Source: a virus
Taxonomy: Duplodnaviria; Caudoviricetes
Reading direction: 5' to 3' (one strand)
IMG/VR virus record: IMGVR_UViG_2671180292_000001
Location: 1 to 64,000 of that record
DNA length: 64,000 bases
Positions 19,601 through 29,970 of this stretch are shown here, piece by piece. Each line of letters opens with the position of its first letter. Positions within the stretch are counted from its first letter, which is position 1. Made by a program: the position numbers and the translations under genes. The notes beneath the pieces are model-generated. The model saw only the letters and a list, made by a program, of their open reading frames with translations. It ran no database searches and had not been told where the DNA came from.

Positions 19601-20106
19601 TGTTCGTGAAGGTCGCTCTCGCCGCCGCAGCGGTAGCAATCCCGATGGCAGCCCAGTCCTGCGAGGCCTCCACCGCCATGGCGTCGGCCAAGGTCAAGAC
19701 GAGCAAGTCGTGCCGGGCCGGGCTGTCCTCGGCGCAGGCGTCTAGCGCCCGCGCGGTGATCAGGGTCGGTGACCAGATGCGGCTCCCCCAGCGGGCTCAG
19801 GTCATCGCGATCGCGACCACGCTGCAGGAGTCCAACCTGAACCGGTACGCGGTCGGCGACGGTGGGCGCGCGGTCGGCCTGTTCCAGCAGCACCCGCACT
19901 GGGGCGGCTCGAGGACAGACCCCGCGGTCTCAGCACGCCGGTTCTACTCGCGGCTCGTCAAGGTCTCCCGCTGGAAGACCCGGCCGTTGACTGAGGCGGC
20001 TCAGGCCGTGCAGCGGTCCGCCCACCCGAACGGCTACGCCCGGCATGAGGGGCGTGCGGCGCGGATCGTCGCCACCTTGTCCTCCGCCCGCTGCGGGGGT
20101 GCGTGA
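19600..20106 (+). CDS. Secreted lysozyme-like/peptidoglycan hydrolase domain protein
   Basis: Signal peptide; AIATTLQES..GLFQQ..WG..DP..SARRFY..AAQAVQRS motif. Confidence 0.75.
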   Translation: MFVKVALAAAAVAIPMAAQSCEASTAMASAKVKTSKSCRAGLSSAQASSARAVIRVGDQMRLPQRAQVIAIATTLQESNLNRYAVGDGGRAVGLFQQHPHWGGSRTDPAVSARRFYSRLVKVSRWKTRPLTEAAQAVQRSAHPNGYARHEGRAARIVATLSSARCGGA

Positions 20107-20333
20107 TGGCGAACGCCCGGCAGCGGATCAAGGACCGGCGGGCCAGCCGTAAGGCGTTCCACCTCGGCCGTCTGCAGGCCGCGCCCAGCCTCGTTGAGAA
20201 GTTGGAGGTCGCGTTCGGTCTGTTCCGGGCCGAGCTGATCAACACCAGCAACGCCGAGAGGGCACAGGCCATCGGCTTGGAAACCCTCAACCACTTGATC
20301 GCCCAGAGCGATCGCATCCCTAGGAGCCTGTGA
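20103..20333 (+). CDS. Small hypothetical protein
   Basis: Coupled ORF in operon. Confidence 0.6.
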   Translation: MMANARQRIKDRRASRKAFHLGRLQAAPSLVEKLEVAFGLFRAELINTSNAERAQAIGLETLNHLIAQSDRIPRSL

Positions 20334-20334
20334 C

Positions 20335-20937
20335 ATGACTGACCTTCGTGCCCCTGAGGGGGTGATGCCGATCGGCCGCCGCGAGGCGCGTACTGCGCCT
20401 CCGCTGTTCCGCGGTGGCCGCACCCCCTACCCCGACCAGCAGGACACCGAGGAGACGCCCAACCCCGAACTGGCGGACGCCGCAGACGCAGCGGGAGACG
20501 TTCCCGCGCAGCCGGCCGAGCCCACCACCGCTCCCCAGGAGCAGAGGCGTGAGCCGGGCCCGCTGGCGCAGTGGGTGCAGGCCGCCCGCGGCGATGCCCA
20601 GGCCCGCAAGGCCCGGGGCGGCAACCGGCCGTGGGCGATGCGGTGGATGCGCGAGCAGCCCACCAGCGTGGTCGACCTGGTCGACTACTACCTCAACCAG
20701 CGTGAGGAGCGCCCGGACGGGCGCCGCGGCTGGGGTCTGCGCACCTCAATCCCCGCCGTCAACAACCTCCACGCCGTCGCCTACGTGGCCTACGGCCTGA
20801 CCTGGGCGCTGGCTTTGACCCTCGCCTGCTACGCCCTCGGGTGGATGCAGCAGCGGCCTGGCCGCGCTGCCCTGCTCTTCGTGGGCGTGTGGATCGTCAC
20901 CAACAACATCTCCGCCGTGTCGGCCGGACAGCAGTGA
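20335..20937 (+). CDS. Membrane protein (2 C-terminal TM)
   Basis: AGGAG RBS; hydrophobic C-terminus. Confidence 0.7.
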   Translation: MTDLRAPEGVMPIGRREARTAPPLFRGGRTPYPDQQDTEETPNPELADAADAAGDVPAQPAEPTTAPQEQRREPGPLAQWVQAARGDAQARKARGGNRPWAMRWMREQPTSVVDLVDYYLNQREERPDGRRGWGLRTSIPAVNNLHAVAYVAYGLTWALALTLACYALGWMQQRPGRAALLFVGVWIVTNNISAVSAGQQ

Positions 20938-20953
20938 AAGGAGTGATCACGTT

Positions 20954-21397
20954 ATGACTACCGCAGCGGTTTCCCTGCTTCTCCTGGTGATCTACTGGGC
21001 GCTCAATTACGGCGCCAAGGGTCGCCTGCACAACGTCAAGCTCTTCAAGTGGCTGGTGGACCCGAAGAAGGCGATCCTGCCCCGGCTCAACTTGGTCATG
21101 TTGTTCGCTGCCGGGTTCGGTCTGGCCCAGCACTGGGTCGCGAACCTGATCGGCTGGCTCAACGTGGACATCCTCGGGACCGGGCTGAAGGTCTTCACCG
21201 CCCTGATGGTCGCCGGTGTGATCTTGTTCATCATCGACATGTTCGACGGCGGCGGCATCAAGGTCAGCAGCTACGGCATCGCGTTCGGCATGCCGATCGT
21301 CGCCGCAGCCAGCGGCGGAGGCCTCGCCGCCTTCGTGACAAGCATGTCCGGCGGCGTCAACACCTGGTTCGCGACCCAGCTCGCCGGCCTGGTGTAG
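20954..21397 (+). CDS. Multi-pass membrane protein (transfer region)
   Basis: About four hydrophobic segments; AAAGGAG RBS. Confidence 0.75.
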   Translation: MTTAAVSLLLLVIYWALNYGAKGRLHNVKLFKWLVDPKKAILPRLNLVMLFAAGFGLAQHWVANLIGWLNVDILGTGLKVFTALMVAGVILFIIDMFDGGGIKVSSYGIAFGMPIVAAASGGGLAAFVTSMSGGVNTWFATQLAGLV

Positions 21398-21409
21398 GGC
21401 GGTGGCCTG

Positions 21410-22753
21410 GTGGAGACCGCGCAGCACATCGTCGCTCAGACCATCAGCCTCCTCGTCGTGGCGTGGGTGGTTGGGTACACGCTGCTCCGCGCGCATGAAG
21501 CGGTCACCGCTCTGGCCGAGAAGCGTGAAGAGCAGGCCCGCCCCCGCACGAAGACGCCTAAGGACTCCGATGGTGCTCCCCGCCGGGGAAGCATGGCCTA
21601 CGCCTCCCAGCAGTGGGCCAAGGGCAACCTGTCCGCTCCGTTGTGGGCGGCGGTGGCGGGGGCGGCCGGTGCCGGTAAGGCGACCGTAGCGGGAGCTCGG
21701 TGGGTCCGGGACAAGGTGACTGGCCGCACCGACGACCCGAAGGCGGCCGACACCGCCGGGGCCGGGAGCGAGGACACGCCGACCGGCCCAACCGGTGGCA
21801 GCGGTGACGACCAGAGCCGCGCCCGCAGGGGGTGGAGCTGGAAAGACCGCTCCGCCTCCGCCCGGCCCGGTACGTCCGGCTCTGCCCCGGACGACGAGCA
21901 GCCTGAGAGCGTCATCCACGACGACGACACCTACGACACCACGGCCGGCGGCGGCTCGGACGGGAGCCCCCGCTGGGACACTCCCCGGCAGGGAACGCCC
22001 GGCACTGGCCAGGACGGCACCCCAGGGTGGGCACCTCGCGGCGACGAGGACTTCGAGATTGAGGTCGAGGTCATTGGGACCCGGCCGAACACTCCGCCGC
22101 CGCCCGCGCTCGGCCGTCCGATCCCCGCGCTGGCTGCCCCTGAGTCTGACACCCCGACCGTCCCGCAGCCCGGCCCTCCGCAGACGGGCGGCCCGGTGTT
22201 CCCCCCGCCGATCGTCCCCTCCGAGGTGGCTGCGGCATCCGCTGTAGCTGTCCTCGCCCGCACAGGCGAAAGCACCGTCGAAGAAAGGACCGAGATCGAC
22301 ATGGGTCAGAACCTCGCCATCCCCGGCACCAGCTCCGGGACCACGCCCAGCACCACCCGACCGGGTGGGGGCCTGGCGCCCGCTGGCGGCACGCACACGG
22401 ACGCAATGGCGTTCTCCCGGAAGATCGAGCAGGCGGTGAACATCACCGGCGACACGATCGCCCGTGCCGAAGCGCAGATCACCGCGAGTCTGAAAGCCGC
22501 GTGGGCTGCCGTGGATGGGCTCGCCCAGGTCGGGATCTCCGGCCAGGTGATGGACCGGTGGGCCGGTGCAGTGATTTCCCTTGAGGAAACCCGCAGGGCC
22601 GCATCCCAGCTCAAGCAGCAGGTCGAAGCGGCGAAGGAAGCGGTCACCGCTGCCAAGCGCACCCAGGGCAAGACGGGTGACGCGATCCAGCAGGCCGTCA
22701 CCTCCGCTGGTAAGAGCGCCGCGAACTCCACCCGCTACTACGGCAAGCACTGA
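21410..22753 (+). CDS. Membrane-anchored protein with disordered middle and helical C-terminal domain (TraA-like position)
   Basis: N-terminal TM, Pro/Gly/Thr linker, helical C-terminus ending RYYGKH; immediately before TraB-like gene. Confidence 0.65.
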   Translation: METAQHIVAQTISLLVVAWVVGYTLLRAHEAVTALAEKREEQARPRTKTPKDSDGAPRRGSMAYASQQWAKGNLSAPLWAAVAGAAGAGKATVAGARWVRDKVTGRTDDPKAADTAGAGSEDTPTGPTGGSGDDQSRARRGWSWKDRSASARPGTSGSAPDDEQPESVIHDDDTYDTTAGGGSDGSPRWDTPRQGTPGTGQDGTPGWAPRGDEDFEIEVEVIGTRPNTPPPPALGRPIPALAAPESDTPTVPQPGPPQTGGPVFPPPIVPSEVAAASAVAVLARTGESTVEERTEIDMGQNLAIPGTSSGTTPSTTRPGGGLAPAGGTHTDAMAFSRKIEQAVNITGDTIARAEAQITASLKAAWAAVDGLAQVGISGQVMDRWAGAVISLEETRRAASQLKQQVEAAKEAVTAAKRTQGKTGDAIQQAVTSAGKSAANSTRYYGKH

Positions 22754-22809
22754 TCAGCCCCGCGTGCCGGATCTTGCCCGGCCCGTCCCCTGAAAGGAGG
22801 GACCACATC

Positions 22810-24789
22810 ATGAACACCACGACCGACATCCCCGCTGAGCCGTCTACCGCAACCCCTCCTCAGGGGACCCACGAGGATGTCCAGGACAAGACCCCGGTGG
22901 GTGGGGAGCTCCGCAAGGCGACGCGCTCGCTTGTGTGGGCGTCCCGCAAGAGCCTCTACCCGCTCGCGGTGATGGGTGGCCTGCACGTTGTGGCCACCGG
23001 TATGCACGAGAACGGGACGTCTCCGCTGGTCGCGTTCGGCGGCGCTGCAGCCGTCGTGGTCGCCGGCACAGCGGTCGGGCGGGTCCGCACGTGGCTGGGC
23101 AAGTCGCCGTGGCGGCTGCGCTGGGCTGGCGGCTGTCTGGCCGCGGCGACCGCGTGGACCGCCACCGCCGCCACTGTAGGCACGGGCATGGAGCAGAGTC
23201 TGCTGCCGTCCGTGCTCGTGACCGGTGGGAGTCTGCTGGCCGCGCCGTGGTGGTGGCTGCACCGGCCCCGCGTCCGCGAGCGTGTCGCCCGGGTCGCGCC
23301 CAAGGCCGAGCTGCCCGCCCCCGCCCCTGTGGCGGCGATCGAAGCTCCAGCCGAGCCACACGAGCATGAGCTGGAGTGGGCCGGTCATGTCGGCGCGCGA
23401 GGCCAGGCACTTGCCGGGAGCACGCTCAAAGACCCGGAGCCGATCTTCGACCACGAAGGCCGGTCCAACGGCACCGCATGGATCATCGACGGCGGCCCTC
23501 AGCGGCACACCTACGGTTCGATGCGGCTCGCGTTGGAGGACATCAAAGCCACCCTCGACCGGCCGAACGCCGACTCACTCATCTACCTCGACCAGGACCC
23601 CGAGCAGTACAAGACCCGCGGCCGACTGGTGGTGCTGGAGCGTAACCCTCTGGCCGAGGTCATCAACTGGCAGCGGCCCGGCCTTGACCCCGCGACAGGG
23701 CTCATCCCCCTGTCCGTGTACCCGGACGGGTCCGGCTGGGCGTACTACGTGCTGTACACCCCGAGATGGGGTGTCCCGCATGACCTGCTCGTCGGCTGCC
23801 CCGGCGCCGGTAAGAGCGCGGTGCTGCGTCTGATCGCCGGGGAGTCGCTGATCTCCGGTTCTGCGGTCATGCTGTTCGATCCGCACAACGGCGGCAGCTT
23901 CAAGGAGATCCTGCCTCGTGTCACCCGGTCGTTCCTCGGCCCGGAGCAGATCTACGCCGGTATGCGCGGCCTGGAAGCGGCCAAGAACGAGCGGCTGCAA
24001 ATCCTGGGCGAGGTCGGCGAGCAGCGGATGGGCCCGGAGTACGGGCACCCGATCCTCCACACGGTCGTCGATGAGGCATCCCACCGGACGGTTCTCGGCA
24101 CGCGGGGCATCGGCGAGACCTTGACCGATGTGTCGAAGGAAGGCCGCAAGCTGTGGATCAAGCTGACCGTCGCGACGCAGGACCCCAGCGTTGACGAGGG
24201 GTTCCACGACTTCTCCACGCTCCGCGACCAGTTGATTGCCGGGAACGTCATCGCCTTGCGGGTCGCTTCGGCGCAGACCGCGCGGATGATCCGCAAGGGC
24301 AACGTCGAGGTCCACCCCGATCAACTACCGGAGTTCTTCGACCGTGCTCAGACTCTTCCGACCACCGGCCTGGGCTATGTCCTGACCGGCGGCGGGTCCG
24401 AGCTTCCGTCCCGTACTCAGTTCATGAGTGAGGAGGCGTTCCTCGCGCAGGTGCCGGTCGGGTCGCCGTTGGACGACCGGACAGGTGAGGCGTTCGAGCG
24501 TGGCTACCAGGAGGCGCTGGCCGAGCTGGAGCGCCTCCACGACAGCAACAGCGACGACTGGGCAGCGGCGAGCGTCACTCCCCTGCAGCCCGTGGGCGCC
24601 CCCGACGACGCGACGGCCCGGGACGCGCTGGTGCAGCTCGCCGTCGAGAAAGGCCGGATCGAGATGTCCGACATCCAGGAAGCGGGGATCTGCGCTCCCT
24701 CCCACGCCTACCGGCTCCTGAACGAGCTGAAGGCGGACAAGGTGCTCACGCAGCCCGCCCGCGGGGTGTACGAGGTGGCGGCGTCGTGA
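22810..24789 (+). CDS. traB: TraB-like FtsK/SpoIIIE conjugative DNA translocase
   Basis: N-terminal TMs with APWWW, Walker A GCPGAGKS, VVDEA, ATQ, GLGYV, C-terminal wHTH; AAAGGAGG RBS. Confidence 0.8.
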   Translation: MNTTTDIPAEPSTATPPQGTHEDVQDKTPVGGELRKATRSLVWASRKSLYPLAVMGGLHVVATGMHENGTSPLVAFGGAAAVVVAGTAVGRVRTWLGKSPWRLRWAGGCLAAATAWTATAATVGTGMEQSLLPSVLVTGGSLLAAPWWWLHRPRVRERVARVAPKAELPAPAPVAAIEAPAEPHEHELEWAGHVGARGQALAGSTLKDPEPIFDHEGRSNGTAWIIDGGPQRHTYGSMRLALEDIKATLDRPNADSLIYLDQDPEQYKTRGRLVVLERNPLAEVINWQRPGLDPATGLIPLSVYPDGSGWAYYVLYTPRWGVPHDLLVGCPGAGKSAVLRLIAGESLISGSAVMLFDPHNGGSFKEILPRVTRSFLGPEQIYAGMRGLEAAKNERLQILGEVGEQRMGPEYGHPILHTVVDEASHRTVLGTRGIGETLTDVSKEGRKLWIKLTVATQDPSVDEGFHDFSTLRDQLIAGNVIALRVASAQTARMIRKGNVEVHPDQLPEFFDRAQTLPTTGLGYVLTGGGSELPSRTQFMSEEAFLAQVPVGSPLDDRTGEAFERGYQEALAELERLHDSNSDDWAAASVTPLQPVGAPDDATARDALVQLAVEKGRIEMSDIQEAGICAPSHAYRLLNELKADKVLTQPARGVYEVAAS

Positions 24790-24958
24790 CTACCGTCCGT
24801 GATTCTCTCCTCTCTCCTCTCATCGGGGTCTGCCCCCTGGATGACCTGCGGATGCGAGCTACACGCGCCCGTGCACACGCGCGCACGCGTGACAACAAAA
24901 CTTGTCGGTTCTTTTACGTGACACACCGTGACGATGACGTTGTTGGAAGGAGGCGTCC

Positions 24959-25978
24959 ATGAACGCCACCGACGGCCCGGAGAAGAAGATCCACTGGCCT
25001 CTGTGGGGGCTGCTGGTGTTCTGCGGCAGCATCTCCTTGACGCTCAGCGTGATCCACGCCTTTGACAAGGTGAAGGATGGCGACAACAGCGGTGCCATCG
25101 TGGCGCTCCTCACCGGCATCGCGCCGGTCATCGCCGCCGCGATGCTGTCGCACCTAGTCGCTGACCCCTACTCCACGATGGCCTTGAAGATCGGCGTTGG
25201 GATCGTCTTCCTCGGCGCGATGACGCTCAGCGTCAAAGCGCAGGCCGAGACAGTCCGCCCGATCGTCGGGGAGGACCTCGACATCGTGTTCCCGTTGGTG
25301 CTGGACCTGTCGACCATCGTGGCACTACTAGCCCTTGCCGGAGTGGGCTACAGCTACCAGGCGGAGGCTCGGAAGGCGGAACTCCGCGCGGAACTCCTCC
25401 CCTCCGTGAGGGCGGAACTCCAGGCCGAGTTCCGGGAACAGTTCACGGTTCGGGAGAGGGAACTCCGGGCGGAACTGGAGCGGAACAAGGACACGGAACT
25501 CGCTACCCGGGAGAGGGAACTCCGGACGGAACTCGACGGGAAGTACGGCGAGGAACTCGCCGCCCAGGAACAGGAAATCCGCGAGGAACTCATCACCCGC
25601 GTGCGAGCCGCCGAGGAGGAGATCCGCCGCCAGGCCGAGACCGAAATTGAGCAGCGCGTCCGGGACGCGGTGGTCGCTGCCGAGGCCCGGGTCCGACTGG
25701 AGATAACCAGGGCCGGTGGTGGGTCCAAGCGGCCGACCAAGGAGATCGAGGCATCGAAGAAGGGGGCCGGTGACCAGGCGAATGGTGGTCTGAGCAAGCG
25801 GGACCGGGCCGAGAGCATCCTCCGTACCGACCCGGAGATCAGTGTGAAGGATCTCGCCGGGATGCTCGGCTGCACCACCAAGTACGCCCGCAATCTGATC
25901 CACGAGCTGGTGCCCGGCCGGGGAAACGGCCAGGAAGAAACCCCCGAGGGTGAGGTGCACCTAAGGGCTGTTCCCTGA
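24959..25978 (+). CDS. Spd-like membrane protein with coiled coil and C-terminal HTH
   Basis: Four TMs, E/R coiled coil, ISVKDLAGMLGCTTKYAR HTH; layout resembles SpdB2-type spread proteins. Confidence 0.7.
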   Translation: MNATDGPEKKIHWPLWGLLVFCGSISLTLSVIHAFDKVKDGDNSGAIVALLTGIAPVIAAAMLSHLVADPYSTMALKIGVGIVFLGAMTLSVKAQAETVRPIVGEDLDIVFPLVLDLSTIVALLALAGVGYSYQAEARKAELRAELLPSVRAELQAEFREQFTVRERELRAELERNKDTELATRERELRTELDGKYGEELAAQEQEIREELITRVRAAEEEIRRQAETEIEQRVRDAVVAAEARVRLEITRAGGGSKRPTKEIEASKKGAGDQANGGLSKRDRAESILRTDPEISVKDLAGMLGCTTKYARNLIHELVPGRGNGQEETPEGEVHLRAVP

Positions 25979-26211
25979 CAGTTCCCCAGGCGCGGGAGAG
26001 GCGAGTTCCACCGCGTGAGTTCCCTCTCCCCGGGCTGTCAGTTCCCGGCCGAGTTCCCTCCCCCCGAGTGCCCTAGTTCCCCTCCGAGTTCCCTGCCTGT
26101 TCCCCCTCTCCGGGGCGGGTTGTTCCCGCCCCAGTTCCCACCCGAGTTCCCCTCCGCAGCCGCTCCAACTTCCCGAGGGAACGCCCGCCAGTTCCCACCC
26201 TGACTTCCCTT
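25376..26211. repeat. GGAACTC / GAGTTCC short-repeat field (candidate clt)
   Basis: About 10 GGAACT copies at 25376-25592 and about 13 GTTCC-core copies (mostly AGTTCCC) at 25970-26211. Confidence 0.75.
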
Positions 26212-26225
26212 CCGAGGAGACCCTG

Positions 26226-28610
26226 ATGACTTCCAGGAACACCCACACGCGTAAGGCCGCGACCCGGCCGGGTCGTCCGACCGGGCGCCGGTCCCACACC
26301 ACCGGATACACCGACGAGCAGCCGTCGCGGCTCGCTCAGGCCATCTCGACGGGCTGGCAGAAAGCCGCCACCAGCGCCGGCCGGACGGTCCGCGGCACGC
26401 GGCCGACACCCGCCGTGGTGTGTGACCGTGCCGGGCTCGCCATGGTGTTGCTCGCAGTACTGCTCGCCGCTGCCGCGTGGACCACCCTCACATGGCCGCT
26501 TCTCACCGCAACCGAGTCATTCGCCCGGGGCGTGCTCGGCACTCTCACGAGTCTGGCGCCGATCGCCGCTGCCGTCCTCGCGTGGCAGCTGTTCCGCGGC
26601 GTGGACTCCCGGTCGGACCTCCGGGGGGTCGTGATCGGCTGGGCCGCCCTCCTCGCCGGGATCGCCGGGGTCGTGCACGTCGCCAACGGCCGACCCGACG
26701 CCGCCCACTCAAACACTGCGGCCGGGCGGGTCGGCGCGCTCGCCGCCGCCCCGCTGGGTGCGCTGCCGTGGTTCGTCGCGATCCTCGCGCTGGTCGTACT
26801 CGCCGGTGTCGGAGCGCTGCTGGTGGCCCGAATCTCTCTGCGGGACCTGCCCCGACGGTTGGTGGTGCCCCGGCACGGCTCGCTGGGTGGGAACGACACC
26901 AGCCCAGCCGAGCCCGCCGGGAGCACGCCGCCCGCCGCCCAGCCTGCTACTCCCACCGCCGACGAAGCGCCCAAGGATCAGGCTGTGCCGTCGCGCTCCC
27001 AGCGGCGGGTTGACCCGGATCTAGTCGCTGAGACGTTGCCGTTCGACACCCCGCTCCTCGGCGACACCCCCGCCGAGCAGCCGACCCCGCCGAGGACGGA
27101 CTTCGTCCAGGCCGCGCCCGCGCCGAGCGGGGGGACGCTGCCACCGTTGAGCATCCTTCGCCCCGGCACCACGCACCGCCCCACGACCATGGCGAACCAG
27201 ACGGTCGTGGACGCCATCAACGGCGTGCTGGCCGAGTTCAAGGTCAAGGCCGAGGTCGCAGGGTTCACCCGCGGGCCGACCATCACCCGGTACGAGATCA
27301 AGCTCGGCCCCGCGGTGAAGGTGGAGAAGGTACTGGGGCTGGTCAAGAACATCTCGTATGCGGTCGGCTCTGCTGACGTGCGTCTGCTGGCGCCGGTGCC
27401 GGGGAAGTCCGCGATCGGTGTGGAGATCCCCAATGCGGACAAGGACCTGGTGTCGCTCGGTGATGTGCTGCGTTCGCCGGCCGCGCAGAACGACGCCCAC
27501 CCGCTGATCGTCGGCCTGGGTAAGGACGTCGAGGGCAGGACCGTCCTGGCGAACCTGGCGAAGATGCCGCACCTCCTGATCGCCGGAGCGACCGGCGCAG
27601 GCAAGTCGGTGTGCATCAACGGGCTGATCTCCTCGGTGCTGATGCGCGCCACCCCCGAGCAGGTCCGGATGGTGCTCGTTGACCCCAAGCGGGTCGAGCT
27701 GGCCATCTATGCCGGGGTGCCTCACCTGATCACGCCGATCATCACGAACCCGAAGAAGGCCGCCGAAGTTCTGGAGTGGGTGGTCGGGGAGATGGACCGC
27801 CGCTACGACGACCTCGCAGCGCACGGGTTCCGGCACATCGACGACTTCAACAAGGCCGTCCGAGCCGGGAAGCTGACGCCGCCGCCCGGCAGCGAGCGGG
27901 AGTACCGGCCGTACCCGTACCTGCTGGTGATCGTGGACGAGCTGGCCGACCTGATGATGGTCGCCCCCCGGGACGTCGAGGACTCGATCGTCCGCATCAC
28001 GCAGCTCGCCCGAGCCGCGGGCATCCACCTGGTGATCGCGACGCAGCGGCCGTCGGTCGACGTCGTCACCGGGCTGATCAAGGCCAACGTGCCCTCCCGG
28101 CTGGCGTTCGCGACCTCGTCGCTGGCCGACTCCCGCGTCATCCTCGACCAGCCCGGCGCCGAGAAGCTGATCGGGCAGGGCGACGCGCTGTTCCTCCCGA
28201 TGGGAGCCAGCAAGTCGGAGCGGCTGCAGAACGCGTTCATCTCCGAGAAGGAGATCGCGGCGGTTGTTGCGCACTGGCACCACACGCCCTTCACCGATGA
28301 CGATGCGCCGGCCGACGCCGCGGCCCCGGATCCGGACGCCAGTCGTGACCTGGGCGACGAGATCAGTGACAACGACCGGGCTCTGCTCGTCCACGCTGCC
28401 GAGCTGGTCGTGTCGACGCAGTTCGGGTCGACCTCGATGCTCCAGCGGAAGCTGCGGGTCGGCTTCGCGAAGGCCGTTCAACTGTTGGACCTGCTCGAAC
28501 AGGTCGGGGTGGTCGGCCCGGCCGACGGGAGCAAGCCCCGCGAGGTGATCGTCAGCCCAGACGACCTCGGCGAGGTCCTCGCGAAGCTCCGCACCAAGTC
28601 GCACGTGTGA
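26226..28610 (+). CDS. ftsK: Full-length chromosomal-type DNA translocase FtsK
   Basis: TM N-terminus, alpha domain [43 protein letters not shown], gamma domain [16 protein letters not shown]. Confidence 0.95.
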   Translation: MTSRNTHTRKAATRPGRPTGRRSHTTGYTDEQPSRLAQAISTGWQKAATSAGRTVRGTRPTPAVVCDRAGLAMVLLAVLLAAAAWTTLTWPLLTATESFARGVLGTLTSLAPIAAAVLAWQLFRGVDSRSDLRGVVIGWAALLAGIAGVVHVANGRPDAAHSNTAAGRVGALAAAPLGALPWFVAILALVVLAGVGALLVARISLRDLPRRLVVPRHGSLGGNDTSPAEPAGSTPPAAQPATPTADEAPKDQAVPSRSQRRVDPDLVAETLPFDTPLLGDTPAEQPTPPRTDFVQAAPAPSGGTLPPLSILRPGTTHRPTTMANQTVVDAINGVLAEFKVKAEVAGFTRGPTITRYEIKLGPAVKVEKVLGLVKNISYAVGSADVRLLAPVPGKSAIGVEIPNADKDLVSLGDVLRSPAAQNDAHPLIVGLGKDVEGRTVLANLAKMPHLLIAGATGAGKSVCINGLISSVLMRATPEQVRMVLVDPKRVELAIYAGVPHLITPIITNPKKAAEVLEWVVGEMDRRYDDLAAHGFRHIDDFNKAVRAGKLTPPPGSEREYRPYPYLLVIVDELADLMMVAPRDVEDSIVRITQLARAAGIHLVIATQRPSVDVVTGLIKANVPSRLAFATSSLADSRVILDQPGAEKLIGQGDALFLPMGASKSERLQNAFISEKEIAAVVAHWHHTPFTDDDAPADAAAPDPDASRDLGDEISDNDRALLVHAAELVVSTQFGSTSMLQRKLRVGFAKAVQLLDLLEQVGVVGPADGSKPREVIVSPDDLGEVLAKLRTKSHV

Positions 28611-28707
28611 CGGCCGCTGCGGGTGCCTCACCAGCTCCGGCTGGCGGGGTGCCCGGGGCGACCGCCCACCACCAGATCCAGATCCACTCGTACAAGAGGA
28701 GCCCTAC

Positions 28708-28944
28708 ATGAGCTTGTTCAAGCGCCGGGACAACGACGACGTCCCTGCCCACCGCAAGTCCTGGGCATCCAACACCGAGGGATACGACGTCTACTGCGCC
28801 AGCTCCTGGCGCAAGGTAGGCAACCTCGGCGAATGGGTGTGTGGCTACTGCCAGGAGACGACCACCGACCCGCTGTCCCCTACGCAGGCCATCACGCTGG
28901 CCGACTGCAAGCAGTGCGGTCGGACCAACCGGATTTCTCTCTAA
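28708..28944 (+). CDS. Small Zn-ribbon protein
   Basis: CGYC..CKQC; AGGAG RBS. Confidence 0.7.
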   Translation: MSLFKRRDNDDVPAHRKSWASNTEGYDVYCASSWRKVGNLGEWVCGYCQETTTDPLSPTQAITLADCKQCGRTNRISL

Positions 28945-29132
28945 GTGAGAACCATCGTGACTGTCGACCTCAGGACGCGTTTCGGTGGGCGGGTGTTCAC
29001 CGCTCACCCGGCGATGCTCGCCGAGATCCTCGGCTGACCGTTGCGGGTTCCCGCCCGACACAGTGCGGGCGGGGACTGCCGGAGCAGTCAGCTCCACCCA
29101 ACTCGACCCGTCATTCGACAGGAGGACAACCA

Positions 29133-29351
29133 ATGTTCGACCGCCGCGAACTGCCGCACCACACCATCCGCTCGACGGACGCCCCGATCCCCGACGGCAC
29201 CCCCTACCCGTCAGCGGAGGACGAGCAGGCCATCGCCGACATTCGCAGCAAGTACCCCCAGTGGGGTCCGGCGCGGATCCACGCCGAGCTGTGCCGGGTC
29301 GGCCGGTCGCACGTCTCGCTCGACTCGGTCCGGCTCGTCGTCAAGTCGTAG
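29133..29351 (+). CDS. Small HTH-like protein
   Basis: YPQWGPARIHAEL; AGGAGG RBS. Confidence 0.65.
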   Translation: MFDRRELPHHTIRSTDAPIPDGTPYPSAEDEQAIADIRSKYPQWGPARIHAELCRVGRSHVSLDSVRLVVKS

Positions 29352-29395
29352 CCGCCGCCCCTATCACCCAGCTCACACGAGAAGGAGACACGCGC

Positions 29396-29512
29396 ATGAA
29401 GCTCGGTCCGGTCACCGTCACCTGGGCGTGCGATGAGTGCGGGGAGACCGACAACCCGCTCGCACACAACTGCTCGGACGGCGGTCTGGCCGTCGGGCTG
29501 GCGGCCGGCTGA
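29396..29512 (+). CDS. Very small CxxC protein
   Basis: AAGGAG RBS; WACDECGE. Confidence 0.5.
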   Translation: MKLGPVTVTWACDECGETDNPLAHNCSDGGLAVGLAAG

Positions 29513-29551
29513 CACCCGCGCCCGAACCCCCAACCATCGAAGGAGATCGAG

Positions 29552-29722
29552 ATGACTGAAAAGCACACGAAGCAGGAGATCCGAGAGATGGTCGCCGCCA
29601 GATTCGCGGCTGACGATGTCCGTCCTGGCGAGGTGGTCCTGAAGGACAACGGAGACATCGTCATCGACCGGCGAAAGACGATCCGTGGGGCGGAGCCCTT
29701 CGTCGTCGGTAAGTGGTCGTAG
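29552..29722 (+). CDS. Small hypothetical protein (not in ORF track)
   Basis: AAGGAG RBS; MTEKHTKQEIREMVAARF... Confidence 0.6.
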   Translation: MTEKHTKQEIREMVAARFAADDVRPGEVVLKDNGDIVIDRRKTIRGAEPFVVGKWS

Positions 29723-29823
29723 CCCCGCCCCTAACCAGCGCCCCCTGGGGTGCCTGTCCGCCAAGACCACACCCCAGGGGGCCCATCCCATCCCGAGAAG
29801 AGAACAGGAAGGAACTACCTACG

Positions 29824-29970
29824 ATGACATGCAGCTATGGCCAGTGGCCAGACGGGGCCAATGACGGGCCGAAGAAGCCGGTCTACTACTGCTCCTGCGG
29901 AATGATCAGCTCCAGCCCGATCAATCACGACCACAGCAAGGACCGCAGCAGTTCGGGGAAGAAGAAGTGA
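29824..29970 (+). CDS. Small Cys/His protein
   Basis: AAGGA RBS; YCSCG..HDH; GTGA overlap with next gene. Confidence 0.5.
   Translation: MTCSYGQWPDGANDGPKKPVYYCSCGMISSSPINHDHSKDRSSSGKKK

Noticed and set aside
25970-26211. Possible CRISPR array
   Set aside because: Repeats are only 5-8 bp with irregular short spacing, and there are no cas genes.
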